DNA from: an uncultured Acidobacteriota bacterium
Lineage (GTDB): Bacteria; Acidobacteriota; JAQAZP01
DNA length: 64,000 nt
Assembly: GCA_963836075.1 (NCBI GenBank)
Contig: CAWIIB010000001.1
Coordinates: 1,504,001-1,568,000 of the forward strand
Direction: 5' to 3'
The notes under the pieces were generated by a model. That model was given only the letters and a program-made list of their open reading frames with translations. It did not search any database and had not been told where the DNA came from. Below, piece after piece: positions 10,068 through 19,962 of this stretch. The first letter of the stretch is position 1. Every line of letters begins with the position of its first letter. Made by a program: the position numbers and the translations under genes.

Positions 10068-11621
10068 ATGAGAAATGGAACTGCACTACTCTTCATCTTT
10101 GTTCTTTGCCTGGGCTTGATGACCGGTTCCGCTGAGGCGCAGTGGGCCTCGGCGGTCACCGAGGAAGTGACCTCGGGTCCGAATTTCGACCACCTGGGCG
10201 ACAACGCCGTTCTGGTGGACAACGCCGGAACCCTGCACGCGGTGTTCGACCGGATCGATGACGATCCCGACTACGGCCACAATCTCTACTACACTCAGAA
10301 GCCGCTGGAGGGCAGCTGGTCCACACCGTTTCCCATCGGGGATCACAACGAGCTGCAGAGTTCCGCCTCGATGACCATCGACCGGGCCAGCGGTACGCTC
10401 TATGTGGCGTATTTTGAAGGTGAGGACTTCCTGCTCGCTATCCATGACGGACTGTCTTGGGTCTACGAGGAGCTGACCATCCCGGCCGATTACAGCTTCG
10501 GCAATGCCGATGTGGCATTCGGCCCGTCCGGAAACCTGCACCTGACCTACCTCGCGCACGATGACATTTCCGAAGTGTGGACCGTGGGCTACGGCTACTG
10601 GGACGGCACGAACTTTCATGTCCAGGTGCTCGACGAGGTCACGCTCATCGAGGCCGGCCGGTTCACCCTGCCCGACATCAGCGTGCGTTCCGACGGCAGC
10701 GTGGCCATCATCTATCGCAACTGCTGGCAGTATATGGAGTTCAGGGTGGAAGTTGCGGAAAACTCGTCCCTCGGCGGTACTGACTGGACCTATCACAACC
10801 TGAACATCTCGGGGCCAACGTGCTATGCCGGGCCGCTGGTCACCACGCCGGACGATGACATCCACGTGACGATCCACACCAACCTGGAGATGATGTTCCC
10901 CGGACAGATCTACTACAACCATCAGGCGGCCGGGTCGGGGATCTGGGACGGGCCCCAGTTGGTCAGCGGTTCGTTCAATGCCCGGTTCCCGAGTATGGTG
11001 GTGGAGGACGACGGGACGGTGCACATCGTCTGCCATGAAACCGACGGACTGCACGCCACCGGCAATCTGATTTACATCACCAACAGCGGCGGGTCCTGGA
11101 CGCAGCAGTACATCGTCGAGGGTGACGCCGAAGACCCGTCTCTGGACATGGACAGTGGTGGAAACTGCAGCCTGATCTATCGCGTAGGTCTGGAATACTA
11201 CGCGGACAACGACATCTTCTACTACGGGTGTGTCCAGCCGTCAGGGCCCGCCGCCACACTGGCTGCCGCCCTGGACTGCACGCCGTCCACGGGAACAGTG
11301 CCGTTCCAGACGGCGGTCTCCGTCACACTGGAAAACCTCTACCAGGACCAGGCTCGCCGGATGGCGGCCCACATGGATGCCACACTGGCCAGCGGCAGTT
11401 TCTTCCCCAACTGGCGGGCGGGCTACGCCAACCTGTCCGCCGGGGAGAGCTTCGTCACCAGCTGGATGCAGACCATCCCGGCGCTGGGCTCGGTGATTGG
11501 GGACAATATCTTCACCATCGTGGCCCAGGACGTGACGCCGGCGCCTTTCAACCAGCCGCCGTACCCGGCAGCCGGCGACACCGCATCCGACGCCTGCACC
11601 GTGACCGGCAAGGCACCGTAA
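10068..11621 (+). CDS. Secreted beta-propeller (BNR-like) protein with CTD-A
   Basis: GGAG RBS and ATG 10068; signal peptide ending AEA; repeated DxxGxxHxxY blades. C-terminus LDCTPSTGTVPF...DVTPAPFNQPPY...CTVTGKAP. Confidence 0.8.
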   Translation: MRNGTALLFIFVLCLGLMTGSAEAQWASAVTEEVTSGPNFDHLGDNAVLVDNAGTLHAVFDRIDDDPDYGHNLYYTQKPLEGSWSTPFPIGDHNELQSSASMTIDRASGTLYVAYFEGEDFLLAIHDGLSWVYEELTIPADYSFGNADVAFGPSGNLHLTYLAHDDISEVWTVGYGYWDGTNFHVQVLDEVTLIEAGRFTLPDISVRSDGSVAIIYRNCWQYMEFRVEVAENSSLGGTDWTYHNLNISGPTCYAGPLVTTPDDDIHVTIHTNLEMMFPGQIYYNHQAAGSGIWDGPQLVSGSFNARFPSMVVEDDGTVHIVCHETDGLHATGNLIYITNSGGSWTQQYIVEGDAEDPSLDMDSGGNCSLIYRVGLEYYADNDIFYYGCVQPSGPAATLAAALDCTPSTGTVPFQTAVSVTLENLYQDQARRMAAHMDATLASGSFFPNWRAGYANLSAGESFVTSWMQTIPALGSVIGDNIFTIVAQDVTPAPFNQPPYPAAGDTASDACTVTGKAP

Positions 11622-11675
11622 ACGGTCAGATGAAGAAGCCGCACCGCTAAGCACCACGGGGCGCCAGGCAGATCA

Positions 11676-11717
11676 GAGGCGGAATCTTTCGCAAGAGAGG
11701 TTCCGCCTTTTTCTTTC
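11676..11717 (+). terminator. Rho-independent terminator
   Basis: AGGCGGAATCTTTC-GCAA-GAGAGGTTCCGCCT hairpin followed by a T run. Confidence 0.7.
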
Positions 11718-11837
11718 AACAAAGCAGTCGATGGTCACCCCCACTGTGGGGCCCTCATTGCCGGGCGCGCATACATGCTGTATCATATCAACGGTTTAGA
11801 CAGTTCCTGGAGCATCGGAAGCTGGCATGGAGAGAGA

Positions 11838-13317
11838 ATGAACACGGTCGACATCTGCCTGGTCAATCCCCCCACTCCAGCAGCCAACCCCTACAATCTG
11901 GCCATACCCTACCTGTCAGCCAACCTGAAAAAACATGGTTTCTCCACGAAGATCATCGACGCGTCGGCGCTATGCCTTGGCCCGGATGAGCTGGCGGAAA
12001 CGGTTGCAGGATACCGCCCGCGCTTTGCCGGGGTGACCGTGTTTTCAAGCCTGCGGGTGAGGCCGGCGCAAGAGACCCTGACCGCACTGAAGAAGGTGAT
12101 GCCGGAGGTCACCACGGTCTGCGGCGGGATCATGGCGACGCTCTGCCCCGAGGAGTTTGCCCCGCTGTGCGACCTGGTGGTCACCGGCCCGGGGGAACAA
12201 CGGATCGTCGATATCGTGAGGGACTTCCCCGGCCGCGGCGTTTTTGACCTTCCCGGAGTGGCCTGGTTCAATCGTCGAGGCGGAAGAACTGGTGGTCAAT
12301 CCCCCGGAGTTCCTCACCGATCTCGATGCGTTGCCCTTCCCCGACTGGGACGGCGTCCTGGAAGATGTGAGCATGGATCGTGTTTTTGACCACAACGAAA
12401 TCTCGTACAAACAGGAACTGGTGGTGCCCTTCCTGAGTTCCCGGGGGTGTCCCCTCCGCTGCGCGTTCTGCAGCAACTGGGTTATTGGGGCAAAGAAAGT
12501 AAGCAGCAGGTCGGCACAAAACATTGTCGAAGAACTGCGGCAGTGGAAGGAGCGTCTCGGCATATCCCTGTTCCATTTTTGCGACGACAATTTCGGTATC
12601 GACCCCCGGCACGTGACCGATGTCTGTGACGCGATAACCGGCGCCGATCTGGATATCCGCTGGAGGTGTACCATCCCGGCCACCTCCACGTGCGATGATT
12701 CCACCGTCCGTAAGCTGAAAGCGGCGGGCTGCGCCAAAGCTTTTATGGGAGTCGAGTCCGCTGATCCGGAGATCCTGCGATCGATCAACAAACCGCTCAA
12801 GCTCTCCAACGTGCAGCGCACTGTTTACCTGTTAATGAAGGCCGGCATCCCCACCACCACGTCGTTCATTCTCGGGCTTCCCGGCGACACGGAAGAGACG
12901 GTGCTGAAGACCATGCAATTCGCCGCGGACCTGCACGCCTCGGAGCTGTCCATCTGGGCAGCCAACCCGTTCCCCAAAACTGTTATGTGGGAGATGGTGC
13001 AGCAGGAAGGCGGGCAACTGGACCCGGGCGATGTCTTCGATCCGTCCCCGCCACCGGTCAGGTATGTGACCCCGGGCCTCAAGGGCTGGGATCTGGCGAG
13101 ATTGATCATTTTCTTCTTTTCGTACTGGGCCTACCACAACCTCCCCCAGGCGATCCGCTTTCTCACCTCCCCGCTCGGCTGGACCAGATGGAGTTTGCGC
13201 TACCGGATGAAAGTCACCCTGGCAGTGGTATATTTACTGCTGCTCCTGCTCCTGTGCCGGATATTCAGGCGCCCGCTTCGCTTTCCGCGGTGGGCCAGAG
13301 ACAAGCGGAACCGTTAA
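11838..13317 (+). CDS. B12-binding radical SAM protein with C-terminal TM helix (frameshift near 12282)
   Basis: The B12-binding part (ICLVNPP...VCGGIMATLCPEE...VVTGPGE) is in ORF 11775..12389. LDALPFPDW, SRGCPLRCAFC, MGVES and ILGLPGDT are in ORF 12244..13317. Confidence 0.8.
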
Positions 13318-13336
13318 CCAGGTAACAGGTGAGTGA

Positions 13337-15076
13337 TTGAACCAGAATACGGACAGGCGAAACCTCCCCGGCAGGACCGCGGCCCTCGCGGCAGCCGCCC
13401 TGCTGACGGTTTTGATCAGTTGCGGCGGCAGCGCACCAGAGCCCGCTGCAGAATCCAGCAAGGTGGTCATCATCGCCCTTGACGGTGTCAGCTGGAACAC
13501 GGCGGCTCCCCTGGTCGAGCGCGGCGAGATGCCCCACCTGGCATCCCTGGTCAGCAACGGCTGCTGGGGCAGCCTGGACACGCTGAAACCGACCTGGACA
13601 CCCATCATCTTCACCACCATGGCCACGGGCAAGAGCCCCGAGGAACACGGTGTCAACAACTTCATCGACGCCAACGGCACACCACTCTCCAGCAACATGC
13701 GGCGGGTCAAGGCGCTGTGGAACATGGTGAGCGAGGCATCGCGCAAGGTGGTCTTCGTGGGGTGGCCGGTCACCTGGCCGGCGGAAGAGGTCAACGGCGT
13801 CCTGGTGGCGGAGAACTTCGGGATGCACGAGGAGAACCGGATCCACCCACCCGAACTGCAGCCCGAGCTGGCCCGCCGCCTGGCTGTTCTGGAGCGGAAC
13901 GATCCGCATCCCGACGTGAAACGCCTGCTGAAAATCACCCGGAAGGCGATCAAGGATCTCAGCGGTGCGGCCCTCAAGGGGGGCAAAGCGGGACAGGCCG
14001 CCAGGCCACAAAAGACACGCGACACGGAGCAGCCCGCCCGCCGTAAGAAGAAGGACAAGACCAGGCTCAAGGGCCTGCACGTGAACCAGGTGATGGAATA
14101 TATCCGGACCAGGCTGCGCCTGGAAAAGGAGGTCAGCGCGCCATACTTCATCGAACTGGTGGCCCGGGAGGCCCCGGACCTGGCCGTGGTCTATTTTGCC
14201 GGAACGGATATGCTCCAGCACACCTGCGGGGCCAGGGACAACCAGTCCGCCCAGGGGGTCCAGCCAAACCCGGAGATGCTGTCCGCCATTGACGAGGTCC
14301 ACAGGTTCTATGACGCAATCGTCGGTGAGCTGCAGGAAGGCATCTCTGCTCTTCCCGGTTACGAGGACTGCATTTTCATTGTGCTCTCGGACCACGGGTT
14401 CGACCTGGACGCCGGGGATCAACCGTTTGCCCTGCGCCGCCGCCAACCGGTGGAAGGATCGCCGCTCTATCCGGCTGGCGCTGGCACTGGCGGAACGGCT
14501 GCAGACGCCGTAGTGCCCCTGCCCCAGTATCTGGTGGGAGAATCTCTTCTTCCGGACACACCGGCCGAATCCCCTGGCGACCTCCACCAGACATCCATTT
14601 TCGAGAGTATCGAGCCCGGGTCAGGAGAGAACCAGGGCTGGTGGCTCTGCCGGTTCGATCCCCGGCTGGACGGTCCGGCCAGGTATCAGGCGCTCAACCG
14701 GATGGTCCACTACGGCGAGTCCGGACTGGAGTCGAGAAATCTCTTCACCACCATTGCCCACGATTTCCAGCCACCGGGGATCTTCGTCATCCAGGGCGGG
14801 CAGGTGCAGGCCGCGGGCCCGCTGGGCGACCTCGCGGTGGACCAGATTGCCCCCACTGTGCTGGCCCTGATGGGAATGGCGGTGGCCGACGACATGCCAG
14901 GCGGCCCCATACCCCTGCCGCTGACCCTGGCGGATGGTGCACCAGCCCTGCTCACCCCTCCCTCGCGAGTCACCACCTATGACACAGTAGCCCGGGAAGC
15001 GGACGAGGAGGCGGTCAGTTCCGGCTCCGATGAAAAGATACGCAACCAGTTGCGGTTGATGGGGTATATCGAGTAG
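13337..15076 (+). CDS. Alkaline phosphatase superfamily (nucleotide pyrophosphatase/phosphodiesterase-like) lipoprotein
   Basis: Lipobox LISC; IIALDG, TWTPIIFTTMATG and LSDHGF motifs; C-terminal QLRLMGYI motif typical of the family. Confidence 0.8.
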   Translation: MNQNTDRRNLPGRTAALAAAALLTVLISCGGSAPEPAAESSKVVIIALDGVSWNTAAPLVERGEMPHLASLVSNGCWGSLDTLKPTWTPIIFTTMATGKSPEEHGVNNFIDANGTPLSSNMRRVKALWNMVSEASRKVVFVGWPVTWPAEEVNGVLVAENFGMHEENRIHPPELQPELARRLAVLERNDPHPDVKRLLKITRKAIKDLSGAALKGGKAGQAARPQKTRDTEQPARRKKKDKTRLKGLHVNQVMEYIRTRLRLEKEVSAPYFIELVAREAPDLAVVYFAGTDMLQHTCGARDNQSAQGVQPNPEMLSAIDEVHRFYDAIVGELQEGISALPGYEDCIFIVLSDHGFDLDAGDQPFALRRRQPVEGSPLYPAGAGTGGTAADAVVPLPQYLVGESLLPDTPAESPGDLHQTSIFESIEPGSGENQGWWLCRFDPRLDGPARYQALNRMVHYGESGLESRNLFTTIAHDFQPPGIFVIQGGQVQAAGPLGDLAVDQIAPTVLALMGMAVADDMPGGPIPLPLTLADGAPALLTPPSRVTTYDTVAREADEEAVSSGSDEKIRNQLRLMGYIE

Positions 15077-15275
15077 TGACCTGGTGAGTCCATGGAGTTC
15101 ATTTTTCCTGGGCCAAAAAGCTTGACACGATCACACAAAGTCACCTAGACTCCGCCTCTCCTTTTTATACGGGCTTGTTACATCAGGGGTATTCGCGTAT
15201 CCGGACGAACGATATCGCGGGATACGACACTCACGAACAGCAGCGTTCCGGCGATGCGGAACGTGTGGAGGAACC

Positions 15276-16295
15276 ATGAGAGAAGAAGTCAAACAGATGG
15301 TCGAAGCCGGCGACGTGGATGGGTTGATCGGCACTTTCCAGGCCGCAGACCGCTACGCCGCCATTGAGATCGCCGAAGCGCTGGAATCTTTCGGGGAAAA
15401 GGCCGTGCGGCCGTTGTCGGGCCTGCTGGATCAGCCGTCGGCCGGTTTGCGCGAGGACGTGGTACGGGTCCTGGGCAAGATCCGCAGCCCCCAGGCGGTG
15501 GACACGCTGATCGAAGCCTTGAAGGATGAAGACAAGTATGTCCGCGAAAACGCAGCCCGGGCCCTGGGTGGAATCGGCGACGCCAAGGCCGTGCCCGGCC
15601 TGACCAGTCTGCTCGACGAGGAAGAGAGCAACATCCGGGAGACGGCGATCCGGGCTCTGGGAGAACTGGGCGACAAGCGAGCCGTGGATTCGCTGCTGCC
15701 GGCGCTCAACGACCGGGACAGTCATATCCGCGAGGCGGCGGTGAATGCTTTGGGGCTCATCGGAGATCACTCGGCGCTGGAGGCGGTTCAGCAGACCTGC
15801 CAGGACCGGGACTCCCTGGTGCAGGAGAGCAGTGCCCGGGCATTGGGCCGCATCGGCGATCCCGCGGCTGTTGATGCATTGATCACCTTGCTGCAGGACG
15901 GCAACACCTACACCAGGATGTACGCCGCCCGTTCCCTGGGAACACTGGGTAACGAGAGCGCCCTGGCCCCCCTGAAGCTGGCGACGGAAGACCCTGAAGA
16001 GAGGGTGAGCAAGGAAGCCGCAGCGGCCCTGGAACTGCTCGGTTCGGCAAAGAAGCAGAAGCCGGTGGCAAAGCCCCGCAAGATCGTAAAGAAACCGAAG
16101 CCCACGGCAAAGGTCGCCAAGGCCACCGGCAAAACCGCCGCCAAAGCCAGAACCCAAAAGGCCGCAGCCAAGGGCAGGACCGTCAAAAAAGTCACCGCCA
16201 AGCCCGTGACCAAGGCCGCCAAAAAGACCACCGGTAAAGCCACCAGGAAACCGGGAAAAACCGCGACCCGGAAAAAGAAAAGCAAAAAGAACTGA
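15276..16295 (+). CDS. HEAT/PBS-lyase repeat protein with Lys/Ala-rich histone H1-like tail
   Basis: About six LxDxxxxVRxxAAxALGxIG repeats, then a ~75-aa K/A/T/P-rich C-terminus. GGAGG RBS. Confidence 0.85.
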   Translation: MREEVKQMVEAGDVDGLIGTFQAADRYAAIEIAEALESFGEKAVRPLSGLLDQPSAGLREDVVRVLGKIRSPQAVDTLIEALKDEDKYVRENAARALGGIGDAKAVPGLTSLLDEEESNIRETAIRALGELGDKRAVDSLLPALNDRDSHIREAAVNALGLIGDHSALEAVQQTCQDRDSLVQESSARALGRIGDPAAVDALITLLQDGNTYTRMYAARSLGTLGNESALAPLKLATEDPEERVSKEAAAALELLGSAKKQKPVAKPRKIVKKPKPTAKVAKATGKTAAKARTQKAAAKGRTVKKVTAKPVTKAAKKTTGKATRKPGKTATRKKKSKKN

Positions 16296-16307
16296 TCCGG
16301 AAAATCA

Positions 16308-16347
16308 AAAGGCGGAACCCCTCGCTTGAGGAGTTCCGCCTTTTTTT
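16308..16347 (+). terminator. Rho-independent terminator (likely bidirectional)
   Basis: AAAAGGCGGAAC...GTTCCGCCTTTTTTT between convergent genes. Confidence 0.75.
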
Positions 16348-16388
16348 ATGGCATCAGGGGATGGCGGCTGTACCCCCAGCTGGTAAGG

Positions 16389-16970
16389 CTACCTGGGGCT
16401 CACCCCGGTGACCACCGAGTCAGTTGCAATCTCCACTCTCGGCTCCTCGACGATCTTTACCGCGTTGACCACCATGCCCTTCTTCAGATCCGTGGCCGCC
16501 ACCTGTTTGCCGTCGACCAGCAAGGTGTACTCCGGCTTGACTTCATACTGCTTGTTCTCACCGTTGGCCAGGGTCAGAACAATGCTTTTCGAGCTGACCC
16601 AGAATACGGTCCCGGTGAGTTCCGATGTGGTCCGTTCCAGGAGCGGCGTCTGGGTGGTGGTCATCTCGCCGGTCAGAATGGTCCCCAGTTCGACCTCGCC
16701 CAGCGGCATCTCCACACCGTCGACGATGACGATCCGGTCCGGTGTGGCAAGGAAAACCCGGTAGTCCCCCTCCGGAATCATCCTGACCACAATGGAATCA
16801 TGCGCGATGTTCAAGAGCTCCCCCTTGAGCGTCGTTTTGGAGACCAGAGTGTCGCCCGTGGGCATCTTTTCAGTGGTCTGGATGGCCTGGGCCGTCGCTC
16901 CAACGGTGTAGCCGAACGCGCAGATGATCAGCGCCACCATGTAAACCGTCCTGCTGATATTGAGTCTCAT
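16389..16970 (-). CDS. Hypothetical secreted protein with two repeated OB-fold-like beta domains
   Basis: Start MRLNISRTV after GGGAGA; signal peptide; internal duplication (IVDGVEMPLGEVELGT / LVDGKQVAATDLKKGM). Confidence 0.6.
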   Translation of the reverse strand: MRLNISRTVYMVALIICAFGYTVGATAQAIQTTEKMPTGDTLVSKTTLKGELLNIAHDSIVVRMIPEGDYRVFLATPDRIVIVDGVEMPLGEVELGTILTGEMTTTQTPLLERTTSELTGTVFWVSSKSIVLTLANGENKQYEVKPEYTLLVDGKQVAATDLKKGMVVNAVKIVEEPRVEIATDSVVTGVSPR

Positions 16971-17202
16971 TCTCTTCTCCCTTTGCCTGTGCAGACATGC
17001 GAGTAATGCATACGCCGCCAGTGGTGGCCGCGTCTGCCGGACTGATGTGGATGGCATTGTGGAACCGGACCCTGAAAATATAGAACCTGGCCCATTCACA
17101 GTCAACCACATTCCTTCGGGATGGAGAATCCGTGGAGTGTCGTATAATGGACCATCCCTTTGCGGATGGTCGTTTTGAATTACATCCATCAGGAGAACGA
17201 AT

Positions 17203-18171
17203 ATGACATTACGAACGGCAACACTTTTCTGTGCCCTGGCGTTGATGACCTGCTTCACGCAGTTCTCCGTGGCGCAGGAACCGACCTCGCCCCCGGAGCA
17301 CCGGGTGGAGATGTGGCTGGATCTCTATACCGGTGAGCCGGTGGAGTTCGATGAAATGATCAGTGACCTGACCCAGGCCGACCTGATCTTTCTTGGTGAG
17401 CACCATACCGTCCCGCGCCATCACCAGTGGCAGCAGAAGATCATCGAGACACTGGCCTCCGGTGGGGCATCACTGGTGCTGGGGCTGGAAATGGTGGGCC
17501 GGCAATACCAGCCGGAACTGGACCGCTACGGCGAGGGGGAAATCGATTTCGAGGAGCTGGCGGAATCGACGGAGTGGGGCGAATACTGGGGCAACTACGC
17601 CGACTACAAAGCGATCCTCGAATCGGCCCGCAAGGCCGGAACCAGGATCCTGGCTCTCAACGCCAGCCTGGACGTGGTTCGAAAAATTGGCCGGCAGGGA
17701 GTGGAGGCCCTGACCGAGGCCGAACGCGACGCCCTGCCGTCCCGGCTGAACCTGGATGATGAAGCCTATTTCGCTCTGCTGAAAATGCAGATGATGGTTC
17801 ATGCCGGCGTCACCGAAGATCAATTGCAAAACATCTTTGCCGCCCAGGTGGCCCGCGACGAAACCATGGCCGAAACCATGGCCCACTACCTGAAGTCACC
17901 GGCGGGCAAGGGCCGCAAGGCTGTGGTGCTCTGTGGCGCCGGACACTGCACATACGGCTACGGGACCGTCTCCCGTTTGGCGAGCCGCCTTCCCCAGGCC
18001 ACGGTGCGGATCGTCATTCTCTCGGAAAGCGGCGACGTGGAACTGCCGCCGGAAATGAAAAAATACGCCAGGGACATCGAGATCTCGCACCAGCAGTTGC
18101 GGGATGTTGTCAAACAGCCCCTGGGCGATTACCTGAGTATCATTCAACCAAAGCCCGAATCGGCGAAGTAG
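17203..18171 (+). CDS. ChaN family (DUF399, iron-regulated heme-uptake-like) protein
   Basis: DLIFLGEHH, LGLEM, QVARDETMA and LCGAGH motifs; signal peptide. Confidence 0.8.
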   Translation: MTLRTATLFCALALMTCFTQFSVAQEPTSPPEHRVEMWLDLYTGEPVEFDEMISDLTQADLIFLGEHHTVPRHHQWQQKIIETLASGGASLVLGLEMVGRQYQPELDRYGEGEIDFEELAESTEWGEYWGNYADYKAILESARKAGTRILALNASLDVVRKIGRQGVEALTEAERDALPSRLNLDDEAYFALLKMQMMVHAGVTEDQLQNIFAAQVARDETMAETMAHYLKSPAGKGRKAVVLCGAGHCTYGYGTVSRLASRLPQATVRIVILSESGDVELPPEMKKYARDIEISHQQLRDVVKQPLGDYLSIIQPKPESAK

Positions 18172-18186
18172 CAGCTGAGGAGACCG

Positions 18187-19845
18187 ATGATGACAGACCA
18201 GGACAGGACCCATTCCGTCAGTCCCACCGGCGAATCGTTTCCCTTGCCCCTGGAGAGCGAGTACGGGGCGGAGTTTCAGCGGGTGAAATTGCTGGCGGAC
18301 GAAGCGCGCGCGGAGGGGAAGGAAATCGTTGTGGTCATGGGTGTCGGTTTTGTGGGAGCGGTGATGGCCGCCATCGTTGCCGACGCCCGGGACGAAAACG
18401 GGAACCCCACGAAGTTTGTCATCGGCTGCCAGCGTCCCAGCACCCGCAGTTACTGGAAAATCCCGCTGCTCAACCGCGGGGAAGCTCCCGTGAAAGCAGA
18501 GGACCCTGAAGTGGACGTGCTGATCACCCGCTGCGTGACGGAAATCGGCACACTGATCGCCACCTACAACAACGATTGCCTGAAGCTGGCCGACTGTGTT
18601 GTGGTGGATGTCCAGTGCGACTATCAGAAACAGGATCTGGGCCGGATGAAGACCGGTGAGACCGACATGATCGCCCTGGAAGCGACCATGCGGACCATCG
18701 GGCAGAAAATCCCGCCGGAGTGCCTGACGCTCATCGAGACCACCGTGGCCCCGGGCACCACCGAATTCGTGGCCTGGCCCATCCTCAAAAAAGCCTTTGC
18801 CAAGCGGGATATCGATGCCGATCCGGTGCTGGCCCACAGCTTCGAGCGGGTGATGCCGGGCCGTGAATATGTGTCGAGCATCAGGGATTTCTGGCGGGTC
18901 TGTGCCGGTTGCAACGCGGAAGCCTCCCGGCGTGTGGAAACATTCCTGCACCAGGTGCTCAATACGGAGGAGTTCCCGTTGACGGTGATGGACCGGCCCA
19001 TCGAGTCGGAAACCACCAAGATCGTGGAGAACTCCTACCGGGCGACGATCCTGGCCTTCCTCAACGAGTGGAGCCTGTTTTCGGAGCGCAATGGTGTGGA
19101 CCTGGTCAAGGTGATCAACGCGATCAAGATGCGCCCCACCCACAGCAATATGATCTTCCCCGGTCCGGGGATCGGCGGGTATTGCCTGCCCAAGGACGGC
19201 GGCCTGGGCTACTGGGCCTACCGGCACATCCTGGGGTTCGAAGACGGCGACAGCGTGTTCAAGCTGACGCCCACGGCCATTGACATCAATGACACCCGCG
19301 GCCTGCATGTGGCCGAACTGGTGCGGGACGCCCTGCGCAACATGGGCCGCTACATCGCCGGGGCGGATGTGGTGATCTGCGGCGCCAGCTACCGTCAGGA
19401 TGTTGGTGATACGCGGTACAGCGGCAGTGAGCTGGTGGTGCGGAAACTCACCGAGATGGGGGCGGATATCCGGGTGCACGACCCGTACGTGGAGCACTGG
19501 TACGAGCTGGAGAACCAGGACGTCTACCCCTCTGCCGGTCATTCGTGGAGCCGGTTCTTCCGCAACCAGGACGGCCTGGCGGATACGCGGATCAACCGGG
19601 ACCTGCCGGCGGTCCTGGCCGGTGCGGAGGCGGTTATTCTGGCCGTGCCGCACGAACCGTATCTGAAACTCACACCGGATGATGTTGTCGGTTATGCCGG
19701 GAAACCCCTGGCGGTGATCGACTGCTTCGGGATCCTTTCCGACGATCAGATCCGCCGCTATTTCGAACTGGGCTGTGAGGTGAAAGCCCTGGGGCGGGGC
19801 CACATCCAGCGCATCAAGAAAGAGGTGCGAGAATCCAACGGCTGA
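18187..19845 (+). CDS. Nucleotide sugar dehydrogenase (UDP-glucose/GDP-mannose/UDP-GlcNAc dehydrogenase family)
   Basis: GVGFVG Rossmann motif, ETTVAPGTT, ERVMPG, catalytic GGYCLPKD, SYRQDVGDTR. Confidence 0.9.
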   Translation: MMTDQDRTHSVSPTGESFPLPLESEYGAEFQRVKLLADEARAEGKEIVVVMGVGFVGAVMAAIVADARDENGNPTKFVIGCQRPSTRSYWKIPLLNRGEAPVKAEDPEVDVLITRCVTEIGTLIATYNNDCLKLADCVVVDVQCDYQKQDLGRMKTGETDMIALEATMRTIGQKIPPECLTLIETTVAPGTTEFVAWPILKKAFAKRDIDADPVLAHSFERVMPGREYVSSIRDFWRVCAGCNAEASRRVETFLHQVLNTEEFPLTVMDRPIESETTKIVENSYRATILAFLNEWSLFSERNGVDLVKVINAIKMRPTHSNMIFPGPGIGGYCLPKDGGLGYWAYRHILGFEDGDSVFKLTPTAIDINDTRGLHVAELVRDALRNMGRYIAGADVVICGASYRQDVGDTRYSGSELVVRKLTEMGADIRVHDPYVEHWYELENQDVYPSAGHSWSRFFRNQDGLADTRINRDLPAVLAGAEAVILAVPHEPYLKLTPDDVVGYAGKPLAVIDCFGILSDDQIRRYFELGCEVKALGRGHIQRIKKEVRESNG

Positions 19846-19962
19846 TCCGGAAGCCGACGACTGAAAGTGGCGGCGAGATGGTCTGGTCATCTGTTACAAT
19901 CGGAGCAGTTACCGTACGGAAAGCACTGGTTCCTCACAATTAAACTTTGCAGGAGAGACACC

